DNA from: Kiritimatiellia bacterium | Lineage (GTDB): Bacteria; Verrucomicrobiota; Kiritimatiellia; SLAD01 | Length of the DNA stretch: 37,980 nucleotides | Reading direction: 5' to 3' | Assembly: GCA_007123265.1 (NCBI GenBank) | Contig: SKLK01000173.1 | Location: forward strand, 1 to 37,980 | Shown here: positions 1 to 7,698 of the stretch, piece after piece | Layout: every line of letters starts with the position of its first letter | Position numbering within the stretch: the first letter of the stretch is position 1 | The notes under the pieces: model-generated | Seen by the model: the letters and a program-made list of their open reading frames with translations, nothing else | Databases searched by the model: none | Told to the model about the DNA's origin: nothing | Translations under genes and position numbers: made by a program

Positions 1-290
1 CCCTCAGTCGTTTCGGGCAGGCTGGGAAACTCCTTGGCCATCAATTCGGTGAACGCTGGGTCTTCGCACAACTCCTCAAGACTACTCCAATAGGCCGAGC
101 CCTCTTTGCCGGCCAGCACCTGGCGCACTTCGCCTAAGTCCAAGCGTCGCTCTTGCGCCTGCTTGAAGACAATGGCCTCGGCATCTGCTTGGGGCGCTGA
201 CGCCGCCGATTCGATAATCGCCGTTGGCTGACCGGGGCGTTTCCCGTTCAGCAGATCTTCGCGCGTCAACTTTTCATTAACCCATTTCAT
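1..290 (-). CDS. actB: Alternative complex III subunit ActB (molybdopterin-oxidoreductase-like Fe-S subunit); N-terminal fragment, continues beyond the left edge
   Basis: My own reverse-strand translation from ATG at 290: MKWVNEKLTREDLLNGKRPGQPTAIIESAAS...GSAYWSSLEELCEDPAFTELMAKEFPSLPETTEG. The YWxSLEEL...P.F.E....EFP N-terminal motif is typical of ActB and related molybdopterin-family Fe-S subunits. ATGA overlap with the actA stop (287-290). Open to base 1. Confidence 0.6.
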   Translation of the reverse strand, partial: MKWVNEKLTREDLLNGKRPGQPTAIIESAASAPQADAEAIVFKQAQERRLDLGEVRQVLAGKEGSAYWSSLEELCEDPAFTELMAKEFPSLPETTE

Positions 291-946
291 CGGTGACAAA
301 TCCAACAATCCATTAGTCGATGGTTGTGCGTCTTCACATCGTATTCTTCAACCAAGGCCTGCCCGAGTTCGATTTGGTTCTTGGGCTGCTCATACGCCAT
401 GTTGAACACCTCTTCACGGGGGCGGATAAACCGCTCCGGCTCGCGGTGGCATTCCAAGCACCATTTCATATAGAGTGGCTGCTCCTTCCAGACCAACGGC
501 ATTTGATCCACGCGACCGTGGCAATCGGTACACCCGATGCCTTTATTCACGTGCGCAGAGTGATCAAAATAGACGAAATCGGGCATATCATGGACGCGCG
601 TCCATTTGATCGGTTCACCGGTTTCCCAGCTTTCGATTACCGGGGCCAGCATCGGCGAGTCCGCCCAGACCATCGTATGGCAATTCATGCAGACGCTCGT
701 AGGGGGGATATTGGCCGAGGCCTGTTCTTCAACGGTCGTATGACAATAGCGGCAGTCAATCCCCATATTGGCATGATGGAGATGGCTGAAGGGTACGGGT
801 TGCGCGCGGGCAATGCCGGTGTAGCGCACGTAGGATGAGCGGGTGATGGTGTCCAGCAAGGCTAGGGCGCCGGCCACAAAAAATACACCCAGCACAATGC
901 TAAGCTTTGCTAACGTATTTGCCCAAGGGCCGAAAACCTGCGCCAT
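287..946 (-). CDS. actA: Alternative complex III pentaheme cytochrome c subunit ActA
   Basis: 219 aa with an N-terminal membrane anchor and five CXXCH heme motifs (CRYCH, CMNCH, CTDCH, CLECH, CWICH). Directly followed by an actB-like gene, which is the ACIII gene order. Confidence 0.8.
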   Translation of the reverse strand: MAQVFGPWANTLAKLSIVLGVFFVAGALALLDTITRSSYVRYTGIARAQPVPFSHLHHANMGIDCRYCHTTVEEQASANIPPTSVCMNCHTMVWADSPMLAPVIESWETGEPIKWTRVHDMPDFVYFDHSAHVNKGIGCTDCHGRVDQMPLVWKEQPLYMKWCLECHREPERFIRPREEVFNMAYEQPKNQIELGQALVEEYDVKTHNHRLMDCWICHR

Positions 947-1090
947 CTACTTAATAACCTGTCCTGATAGCGGCTGCCCTTTGCGATTGCATACGACTTC
1001 CGCCGACGTCGAATCCGTGATCATGAGCCTCTTACTCATGCATCAATGTTTGGACTATATCGTTGGGGTCAGTCATTGGCAATCAGTTAT

Positions 1091-1119
1091 TTGACAAAAC
1101 AATCAACCTCCCCTACTCT
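1091..1119 (+). promoter_or_regulatory. Putative sigma70-type promoter for tRNA-Lys
   Basis: TTGACA (1091-1096), 17-nt spacer, TACTCT (1114-1119), about 28 nt upstream of the tRNA 5' end. Pattern match by eye only. Confidence 0.35.
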
Positions 1120-1146
1120 GGACCGGATTTCACCGAAATTTGACAT

Positions 1147-1222
1147 GGGCCGGTAGCTCAGTTGGTAGAGCATGGGCCTTTTAAGCCTAGGGTCGTGGGT
1201 TCGAGCCCCACCCGGCTCACCA
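1147..1222 (+). tRNA. tRNA-Lys (anticodon UUU), CCA encoded
   Basis: Hand-folded cloverleaf: acceptor GGGCCGG/CCGGCTC, D arm GCTC-AGTTGGTA-GAGC, anticodon stem TGGGC/GCCTA with loop CTTTTAA, T arm GTGGG-TTCGAGC-CCCAC, discriminator A, then CCA. Confidence 0.93.
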
Positions 1223-1320
1223 TGTCGAATCACAGGGTGCTTGCATGTGTCCCGCCCACCCCCGCTTTTGGTGTGCCTGACTGCTTGGAGTGATTACACT
1301 GCGCCCTGAATCGAGGCGTT

Positions 1321-2301
1321 ATGGGTAGCACGAGCGTGCAGAAAAAATTAGAAACGTGGGGAACACGAGTGGCGTTACGGTGGGTTCCCGGCTGGTCGCG
1401 CAGAACCGTTTTGCGCTGGGCGCGTGTGCTGGGATGGCTGGGCTATGGGTTCACGCCGAATCTAAAGCGCGTGGCGCTGGCGAATCTGGATATCGCCTAC
1501 GGCGACACCTTGTCGGCGGCGGAAAAACGCCGCATCATCAAACACTCCTGCCAACTTTTTGCGCTGGTGTTACTGGATATCTTCTGGTTTGCACGGGACA
1601 CGGAGGCCCGGATAGCGAACTATGTCGAATTCGATCCTGCGTTGAGCGAACTGTTTCAAAAGAAGGCCCACATGTGCATCACCGCGCACCTGGGCAACTG
1701 GGAATTGTTAGGGCACGCGGTGAGTGTGCGGGGAAACCCCTTGTCCAGTGTCGCAGCGCCTTTGGTAAACCCGGCGGTCGACGAGTACCTGTTGCAGATG
1801 CGCAAGGTGTCCGGGCAACAGGTTATTCCCAAAGCCGGCGCCATCCGCGCGATGCTGCGTACCCTCAAACAGGACGGCAAGATCGGCTTGTTACTGGATC
1901 AAAATACGCGACCGGACGAAGGCGGCCTGTTCGTTGATTTCTTCGGTCTGCCGGTTCCGATTTCAGATGCCGGGGCCTCCTTGGCATTAAAGACCAATGC
2001 GGACATTTTGTTCGGCTTCTGTATCCCGCGCTGGGATGGCCACTACTACGTCCATGGCGCGCCTAAGATCGCCTTGGCCGACTACCCCGCCGAATCCGAA
2101 CGCCCCTCTGTGGCCGGGATCACACAGACCATCGCCGACCGGATTCAGGACGCGATCCGGGCGCACCCCGAGGCGTGGCTGTGGATGTACAAACGCTGGA
2201 AATACCCCGCACCCGGCATCGCTCTTTCGCGTTACCCGTTCTACGCAAAAGGAAACGCGCGCAGGCGCAAGCGCCTGTTCCGGCGGCGGCGATCCACGTA
2301 A
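1321..2301 (+). CDS. Lysophospholipid / lipid A biosynthesis acyltransferase (LpxL/HtrB family)
   Basis: 326 aa with an N-terminal hydrophobic segment and the HLGNWE (HX4E/D) acyltransferase motif; overall LpxL/HtrB-like layout. Arg-rich C-terminal tail. Confidence 0.7.
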   Translation: MGSTSVQKKLETWGTRVALRWVPGWSRRTVLRWARVLGWLGYGFTPNLKRVALANLDIAYGDTLSAAEKRRIIKHSCQLFALVLLDIFWFARDTEARIANYVEFDPALSELFQKKAHMCITAHLGNWELLGHAVSVRGNPLSSVAAPLVNPAVDEYLLQMRKVSGQQVIPKAGAIRAMLRTLKQDGKIGLLLDQNTRPDEGGLFVDFFGLPVPISDAGASLALKTNADILFGFCIPRWDGHYYVHGAPKIALADYPAESERPSVAGITQTIADRIQDAIRAHPEAWLWMYKRWKYPAPGIALSRYPFYAKGNARRRKRLFRRRRST

Positions 2302-2337
2302 ACGAATGTGGAATCGTCACATAAAGGCTGAACCAGC

Positions 2338-3309
2338 CTAGAAGGCGCCGAAGAAGATACTGGTAAACGTCGTGATCGGGGCGGTCTCGCGGAAATCATC
2401 AATCGCCGCACGAATTTCGTGCAGCATCATGCGCGCTTCATCGTACAGTTCGTCATCCGCGATGAGTCGGCCAATGGTGCCCTCGCCTTGCGCCATTTTC
2501 TCGGTCATTTCCCGGGTCGCCGCCAAGGTGGCCGCTAAATCTTCATAGAGCGTATCGTCCTCGGCCAGCAATCGGCCCAGGGTCCCTTTGCCATCCGTCA
2601 GTCGCTGACTGACCTCCAACAGATTGTCGTACAACTGGCGATCGGTTAGCAAGGCGCCCAAGGTGCCTTCCCCGTCGCGCAAGGCGCCGGTCAAGTGCCG
2701 TACATCGTCGGCCACGGCCGCCAAATCCGTGTACAAATCGTCCTCTTGCAACAGCCGCCCGATGGTGCCACGTCCCTCGGCCAAGCCCTCGGTTAATGAG
2801 CGCAAATCGCTGAGTGTCGCTTCAAGGTTTTCCAGTATGCCGCCCTCTTGTAAGGATTCACGCACGGAGGCAATCGCCCCAGTGGCCTCCTCCATCAGGT
2901 CAACCGGTACCGCCCCACGAAAGACGGTGTCCGATGGTATAACGGGGGCGTCTGGCGGGCCTTCATCCAAGGCCAAATGCTGGCCGCCCAATACGGACGA
3001 AGCAACAATTCGTACACTGTATCCCTCCCGCATATTCACGGGCTGTCGTAAACTGGCGGTGACCAATACCCCGTGCTCCTCCACTTCAAGATCGGTGACC
3101 CGCCCAATCATTACCCCGCGCAGAAACACGTTATCGCCCTGCCGCAGGCCGCGCACGTGATCAAAGCGAACTTCAATGTGATGGTACTGACGAAAGATAT
3201 TTTCGTAGCTGAGAATGATAGTGAAGAATCCCAGCGCCAAAAGAATCATAAAGATAAAGGCGCCGACAATGATCTCCGTCGAAATCTCGTGTAACTGACT
3301 TCTTTTCAT
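2338..3309 (-). CDS. mlaD: MlaD/MCE-domain lipid transport protein with an extended repeat-containing C-terminus
   Basis: N-terminal TM helix, then an MCE-like beta domain (VRFDHVRGLRQGDNVFLRGVMIGRVTDLEV), then four GxGT(I/L)GxL(L/I)xxDxxLY modules. Follows mlaE-mlaF. The ORF-track start at 3330 is TTG. I prefer ATG at 3309, which has AAGGA upstream and lies 5 nt after the mlaF TAA. Confidence 0.8.
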   Translation of the reverse strand: MKRSQLHEISTEIIVGAFIFMILLALGFFTIILSYENIFRQYHHIEVRFDHVRGLRQGDNVFLRGVMIGRVTDLEVEEHGVLVTASLRQPVNMREGYSVRIVASSVLGGQHLALDEGPPDAPVIPSDTVFRGAVPVDLMEEATGAIASVRESLQEGGILENLEATLSDLRSLTEGLAEGRGTIGRLLQEDDLYTDLAAVADDVRHLTGALRDGEGTLGALLTDRQLYDNLLEVSQRLTDGKGTLGRLLAEDDTLYEDLAATLAATREMTEKMAQGEGTIGRLIADDELYDEARMMLHEIRAAIDDFRETAPITTFTSIFFGAF

Positions 3310-3314
3310 ACTCG

Positions 3315-4070
3315 TTATTCCTTTTCCCAATCGCCACGGGTGGTGATGTACTGGGCTTCAAGAAACCCCCGGACAAATTCGTTGTCCGACTTTACAAACG
3401 TGTCCGGGGCGGATACTTCAACCATACGCCCCTCGTGCAGCATGGCAATCCGGGAACCAATCGCCAAGGCACTGTGCAGGTCATGCGTGACCACGACACT
3501 GGTCACGCCCAACTCATCGCGCAACTGATTAATCAGTCGATCGATGGTGCGCGAGGTGACCGGGTCAAGGCCCGATGTCGGTTCATCATAGAGGATGATT
3601 TCCGGGTTGGTGATGATGGCGCGGGCCAACCCTACTCGCTTGCGCATGCCCCCCGACAATTCGCTCGGATGCTTATCAAAGGCATGTTCCAAGTTAACCA
3701 TGGCCAGTTTTTCGCGCACCAAGGCATCGATTTCGTCATCGGACTTGGATGTTTTCATCCGCAGCGGCAAACCGATATTGTCGCCTACGTTTAGCCACTG
3801 CATCAAGGCCGCGCTCTGGAATAGAAAGCCGAATCGTTCCCGGATCCGGTCCAACGGTTCGCCCCGCGCCTCACTCACGCATTCATCCCCGACCAGGACC
3901 CGCCCGCTGTCCGGCGTCAACAGCCGGATCATGTGCTTGAGGCTGACACTTTTGCCGGCGCCCGAAGCCCCGACGATCACAAACGTCTCGCCGGACTGGA
4001 TCTCGTAGCTGATCTCCTTGAGCACCTCGCGACCGCCGAGGGATTTGGATACTGCCTCGAACCGGATCAT
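3315..4070 (-). CDS. mlaF: ABC transporter ATP-binding protein, MlaF-like
   Basis: Walker A GASGAGKS, signature LSGGMRKRV, Walker B ILYDEPTSGLD. ATGA overlap with the mlaE stop (4067-4070). Confidence 0.85.
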   Translation of the reverse strand: MIRFEAVSKSLGGREVLKEISYEIQSGETFVIVGASGAGKSVSLKHMIRLLTPDSGRVLVGDECVSEARGEPLDRIRERFGFLFQSAALMQWLNVGDNIGLPLRMKTSKSDDEIDALVREKLAMVNLEHAFDKHPSELSGGMRKRVGLARAIITNPEIILYDEPTSGLDPVTSRTIDRLINQLRDELGVTSVVVTHDLHSALAIGSRIAMLHEGRMVEVSAPDTFVKSDNEFVRGFLEAQYITTRGDWEKE

Positions 4071-4825
4071 TGGTAAAACAACCTCGTTATCATGTAGCCC
4101 ACGGTTAAAATCACGAGGAACGAAACCACCACCGTCCGCCGGGTGGCCATACCTACGCCGACCGCGCCCTGTGTCGTGGAGAAGCCCTGGTGACAGGCCA
4201 CCGTGGCAATGATAATGCCAAACAGGATCGACTTCAGCAGCCCCACATACAGGTCCTTGTTTTCGGCGAATTGGGTGGCGTTGTCCATGTACGCGGTAAT
4301 CGACACGCCCAATTGGGTTTGACCGACGATGGCGCCACCGACGATGCCGATGATATTCGTATACACAGTCACCAGCGGCATCATGGTGATCATGGCCACG
4401 AGTCGAGGTGTAACCAAATACCGAACCGGTTTGATTGCCATGACTTCCAGGGCCGAGATTTCTTCCGACACCGTCATGGTGCCGATTTGGGCCGACATGG
4501 CGGAGCCGACACTTGCGGCGATGATCAAGCCGGTCATGAACGGTCCCATTTCGCGCAAGATGACGACGGTGACGGCGGAACCGATATAGACTTCTTGTCC
4601 GTAGCGCCGCAACTCCAAGCCCGTCTGCAGCGCGAGGATCATGCCGGTAAACAGGCCCACAACCGTGATCACCCCGAGACTTTTGATAGCGGTAAGAAAC
4701 TGTTGGTGCAAGACATCGTGCCGGTGGCGTTTCGAAAACATGAAGGGAATATCCCGAAACGCCTCCAACAGCATCAGCACCGCAATACCGGTGTGCCGCA
4801 AGGTTCCCAAGGCATGGCGGCCCAT
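4067..4825 (-). CDS. mlaE: ABC transporter permease, MlaE-like
   Basis: 252-aa polytopic membrane protein with MlaE/Ttg2B-like sequence (EMGPFMTGLIIAASVGSAMSAQIGTM). Operon context with mlaF and mlaD. Confidence 0.85.
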   Translation of the reverse strand: MGRHALGTLRHTGIAVLMLLEAFRDIPFMFSKRHRHDVLHQQFLTAIKSLGVITVVGLFTGMILALQTGLELRRYGQEVYIGSAVTVVILREMGPFMTGLIIAASVGSAMSAQIGTMTVSEEISALEVMAIKPVRYLVTPRLVAMITMMPLVTVYTNIIGIVGGAIVGQTQLGVSITAYMDNATQFAENKDLYVGLLKSILFGIIIATVACHQGFSTTQGAVGVGMATRRTVVVSFLVILTVGYMITRLFYQ

Positions 4826-4875
4826 CCGTCCGATGAAGTGCGTCGGTGGCGGAACCGCCTCTGGTTCACGTGTAA

Positions 4876-6351
4876 TTATGGTTCGTCCTCCTCTTGTCCC
4901 CAGCGGATGAAATACAGTAATCGATAGCGGCTAGTTGTACCTTGACGCTCATACCCAAGCAATCCTTTAAGCAAGGACCATTGGCGCCGATCCTCCACCT
5001 TGTCCCGCTCCCATTGGACAAGCGGGAATAAGGAGGTGTAGGCATGATCTTCATGGTGACGTTGCCGACGAAATAATCCCCAAAGCACCTCCGTATCCGA
5101 CGCATCGTCGAGGCGCGTATTTTGCAGCAAGGTCCAGAACGGGGCATAATTTCGTTCGATCGCGCCGGTCTGTTTCAACGGCCACAGGTCCAACATACGA
5201 AAGCGGGCCTCGTCGCCTTCGCGGATATACGACATGAAGGGCCACAGTTTCTGGTAGTTGGATGCCATTTCCCCGCGGGGCACCGGGTCATTCGGCCCCA
5301 TCGGTGGCGGGGCCGCTGCGCGTTCGCGCTGGGTTTCCGAGTAATAGAACGGCAGCACGAACAGACGTTGTGCAATCGCGTCGCCCTTGTCGATGCGTTG
5401 CTGGTGCAGAATCGGCCAGACAAAAAACCGATACTCGTTACCAGCCATCCGTTTTTGTCCCCAGATTGGCCACACGTAGGTTTGGCGAACTTCCCCCGTG
5501 CGCCGCTGGAAAAAGGGCCAGGGCAACAGCCACATGTTTACGCGGTCACCCTGTGAAATCCGAAAGAAAGGCGGTAACACCATATGCGAACGCTGGTCAT
5601 CAAGATCTAATTGTCCGTAGAAGGGAAACAAAATAAAGCCGCTGCCTGATGAACCGGGGATGTAATACTCCGCCGATGTCCAAATCGGCCACATGATGAA
5701 CTTTTTGCTATACCGGTCGCGATGCCGGTTCTGGCCATAGAACGGGAAGACACGAAAGCGATAGATGCCCTTCCCTTCCGTGCGGGAAAAAATGGGCCAT
5801 AACACACTATGGGACTGAATCGTGTTGATCTCGGTTCCCAGATAGAGAGGAAATAGCGCAAATCGAATTTCATCGAAACCGAGAAATTCATGGATCTTTC
5901 CGCCGACCGGGAAAAGCGCCATGTAGGTTTCGCCATGTTGGTCCCGCCCTTGGAAATAGAGCGGGATCAGCCAAAAGCGGTAGCGTGATTCAGGATCATT
6001 GATGTCAAAACGCGTCCACCACGCCAGCAACACGCGTCCGGATCGTTCATCGCGGAACCCTTTGTAATGAGCCAGCGGCCAAAGGACTTCATAGCGATGC
6101 CGCTCATATTCAGGGTTATCATAATGGCTGAACAGGGGGCGCACTGCGGTCAGCGACTGACCATCTTCGTGGATGGCGCGCTCAAAGAACGGCCCCAGGG
6201 CCCGCAGCCGCATGGTGCCGTGCACATCGCGTTGGCGACTGATGATCGGCCCGAAATCAAATTCACGGATATCGGCGTCCGCGTGAACATCCGACAGCCA
6301 TAACCCGGCCACCAGCGCAACGGGAAGTAGTCCGCGAATTAGCCGATGCAT
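4876..6351 (-). CDS. Secreted aromatic-proline repeat protein of unknown function, first gene of the Mla cluster
   Basis: 491 aa with a signal peptide (MHRLIRGLLPVALVAGLWLSDVHA). About 18 copies of a short (W/F/L/I)P-hydrophobic-aromatic core (WPLA, IPLYF, FPLYL, WPIF, FPFYG x2, WPIW x2, WPFF, WPIL, LPFYY, WPFM, WPLK, FPLV), spaced roughly 17-30 aa apart. I recognise no family. Confidence 0.7.
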   Translation of the reverse strand: MHRLIRGLLPVALVAGLWLSDVHADADIREFDFGPIISRQRDVHGTMRLRALGPFFERAIHEDGQSLTAVRPLFSHYDNPEYERHRYEVLWPLAHYKGFRDERSGRVLLAWWTRFDINDPESRYRFWLIPLYFQGRDQHGETYMALFPVGGKIHEFLGFDEIRFALFPLYLGTEINTIQSHSVLWPIFSRTEGKGIYRFRVFPFYGQNRHRDRYSKKFIMWPIWTSAEYYIPGSSGSGFILFPFYGQLDLDDQRSHMVLPPFFRISQGDRVNMWLLPWPFFQRRTGEVRQTYVWPIWGQKRMAGNEYRFFVWPILHQQRIDKGDAIAQRLFVLPFYYSETQRERAAAPPPMGPNDPVPRGEMASNYQKLWPFMSYIREGDEARFRMLDLWPLKQTGAIERNYAPFWTLLQNTRLDDASDTEVLWGLFRRQRHHEDHAYTSLFPLVQWERDKVEDRRQWSLLKGLLGYERQGTTSRYRLLYFIRWGQEEDEP

Positions 6352-7694
6352 TGTTGCACCGTATCAGCGAGCGCCTTCGTCAATCGTTGCGTCGTATCTT
6401 CATCCGGCCCTTCGACCATCACCCGACACATGGACTGGGTGCCGGAATAGCGAATCAGTACCCGTCCCTGCCCGCTTAACTCCGTTTCAGCGGTCTTAAT
6501 CGCAGACATAATCTCCGGGATCTCCTCGATCGGCGGCTTTTGTTTGACCTCCAAGTTCACGAGCTTTTGCGGATACAGCCGCATCACCGAGGCCAGATCA
6601 GACAAGCGCTTTTCCTCCAACCGCATCACGGCCAACAATTGCAGGGCGGCAATGATGCCGTCACCGGTGGTGTGGTGGTTGGCGAAGATCAAATGACCGG
6701 AAGCTTCACCGCCCAACGTGGCTTGCTGCTCTTTCATCATTTCCAGCACATACCGATCACCCACGGGGGCGACACCGACCTCGATATCCAATCGGCGCAT
6801 GGCCTCATGAAAACCGAAGTTGCTCATCACCGTGGCCACCACCCGGTTGTGATGCAACAAGCCCCGACGCTTGTACCATTCCGCACAAATGGCAATGATG
6901 TGGTCGCCGGTGAGTTCGTCACCGTTTTCGTCAACGGCAATTAATCGATCGCCATCCCCGTCAAAGGCCAAGCCGATATCGGCCCCGGTTTCCTGAACCG
7001 TTTGCCGCAGATCCTCGGTATGCTGCGAGCCGCAGCCGTCGTTGATGTTGACGCCGTTGGGTTTGTTGTGAATCGCGACCACCTCGGCGCCCAATTCGCT
7101 GAAGATGATGGGTGCCACCTTGTAAGTAGCGCCGTTGGCGCAATCGAGCACAATTTTCAGCCCTTCCAAGGTGACCTGATCCGGAAAGGTGTTTTTGCAA
7201 AATACAATGTAGCGGCCTATGGCATCGTCAATCCGTTGGGCTTTGCCCACCTCGTTAGCCGTGGGCCGGATATCCTTGATCTCGCCCGAGGTGATTAACT
7301 GCTCGATTTCGTCCTCCTCCACGTCCGGCAACTTGTAGCCGGTTCGCGAAAAGATCTTGATACCGTTGTCTTGATACGGATTGTGCGAGGCTGAGAGCAC
7401 CAAACCAGCGTCCGCCCGCATGCTGCGGGTGATAAAGGATATGCCCGGCGTGGGAATCGGCCCCAACAAGTACACGTCCACGCCCATTGAGCAAATACCC
7501 GCCGTCAAGGCGTTTTCCAGCATATACCCACTCACCCGCGTGTCCTTACCAATTACAATCCGGTGGCGCTGGGTCTTTTGATGCTGCTTACAGACATAAG
7601 CGGTCGCGCGTCCGATTTCCAGGACCATTTCAGCCGTCATGGGAGGGCGGTTGGCCACACCCCGTACACCATCAGTTCCGAACATTCTGCCCAT
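6339..7694 (-). CDS. glmM: Phosphoglucosamine mutase
   Basis: FGTDGVRG N-terminus, phosphoserine loop SASHNPYQDNGIK, metal loop FDGDGDRLIAVD. The ORF-track start at 7739 is over-extended. ATG at 7694 is preceded by AAGGAG, which lies inside the end of the upstream gene. Confidence 0.9.
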   Translation of the reverse strand: MGRMFGTDGVRGVANRPPMTAEMVLEIGRATAYVCKQHQKTQRHRIVIGKDTRVSGYMLENALTAGICSMGVDVYLLGPIPTPGISFITRSMRADAGLVLSASHNPYQDNGIKIFSRTGYKLPDVEEDEIEQLITSGEIKDIRPTANEVGKAQRIDDAIGRYIVFCKNTFPDQVTLEGLKIVLDCANGATYKVAPIIFSELGAEVVAIHNKPNGVNINDGCGSQHTEDLRQTVQETGADIGLAFDGDGDRLIAVDENGDELTGDHIIAICAEWYKRRGLLHHNRVVATVMSNFGFHEAMRRLDIEVGVAPVGDRYVLEMMKEQQATLGGEASGHLIFANHHTTGDGIIAALQLLAVMRLEEKRLSDLASVMRLYPQKLVNLEVKQKPPIEEIPEIMSAIKTAETELSGQGRVLIRYSGTQSMCRVMVEGPDEDTTQRLTKALADTVQQCIG

Positions 7695-7698
7695 ACTT

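Noticed and set aside
1147-1320. tRNA-Lys as a potential genomic-island integration site.
   Set aside because: No integrase and no obvious duplicated tRNA 3' end nearby. Both flanks (ACIII genes and the lipid A acyltransferase/Mla genes) are housekeeping.
4190-4927. Long antisense ORFs opposite well-supported genes: 4190..4927, 18684..19532, 19979..20788, 21326..22093, 26793..27584 and 29435..30265 (all plus strand), and 320..838.
   Set aside because: Each lies fully inside a gene with clear family motifs on the other strand. Each translates to Arg/Pro/Gly/His-rich sequence with no motifs. This is typical stop-codon depletion in GC-rich DNA.
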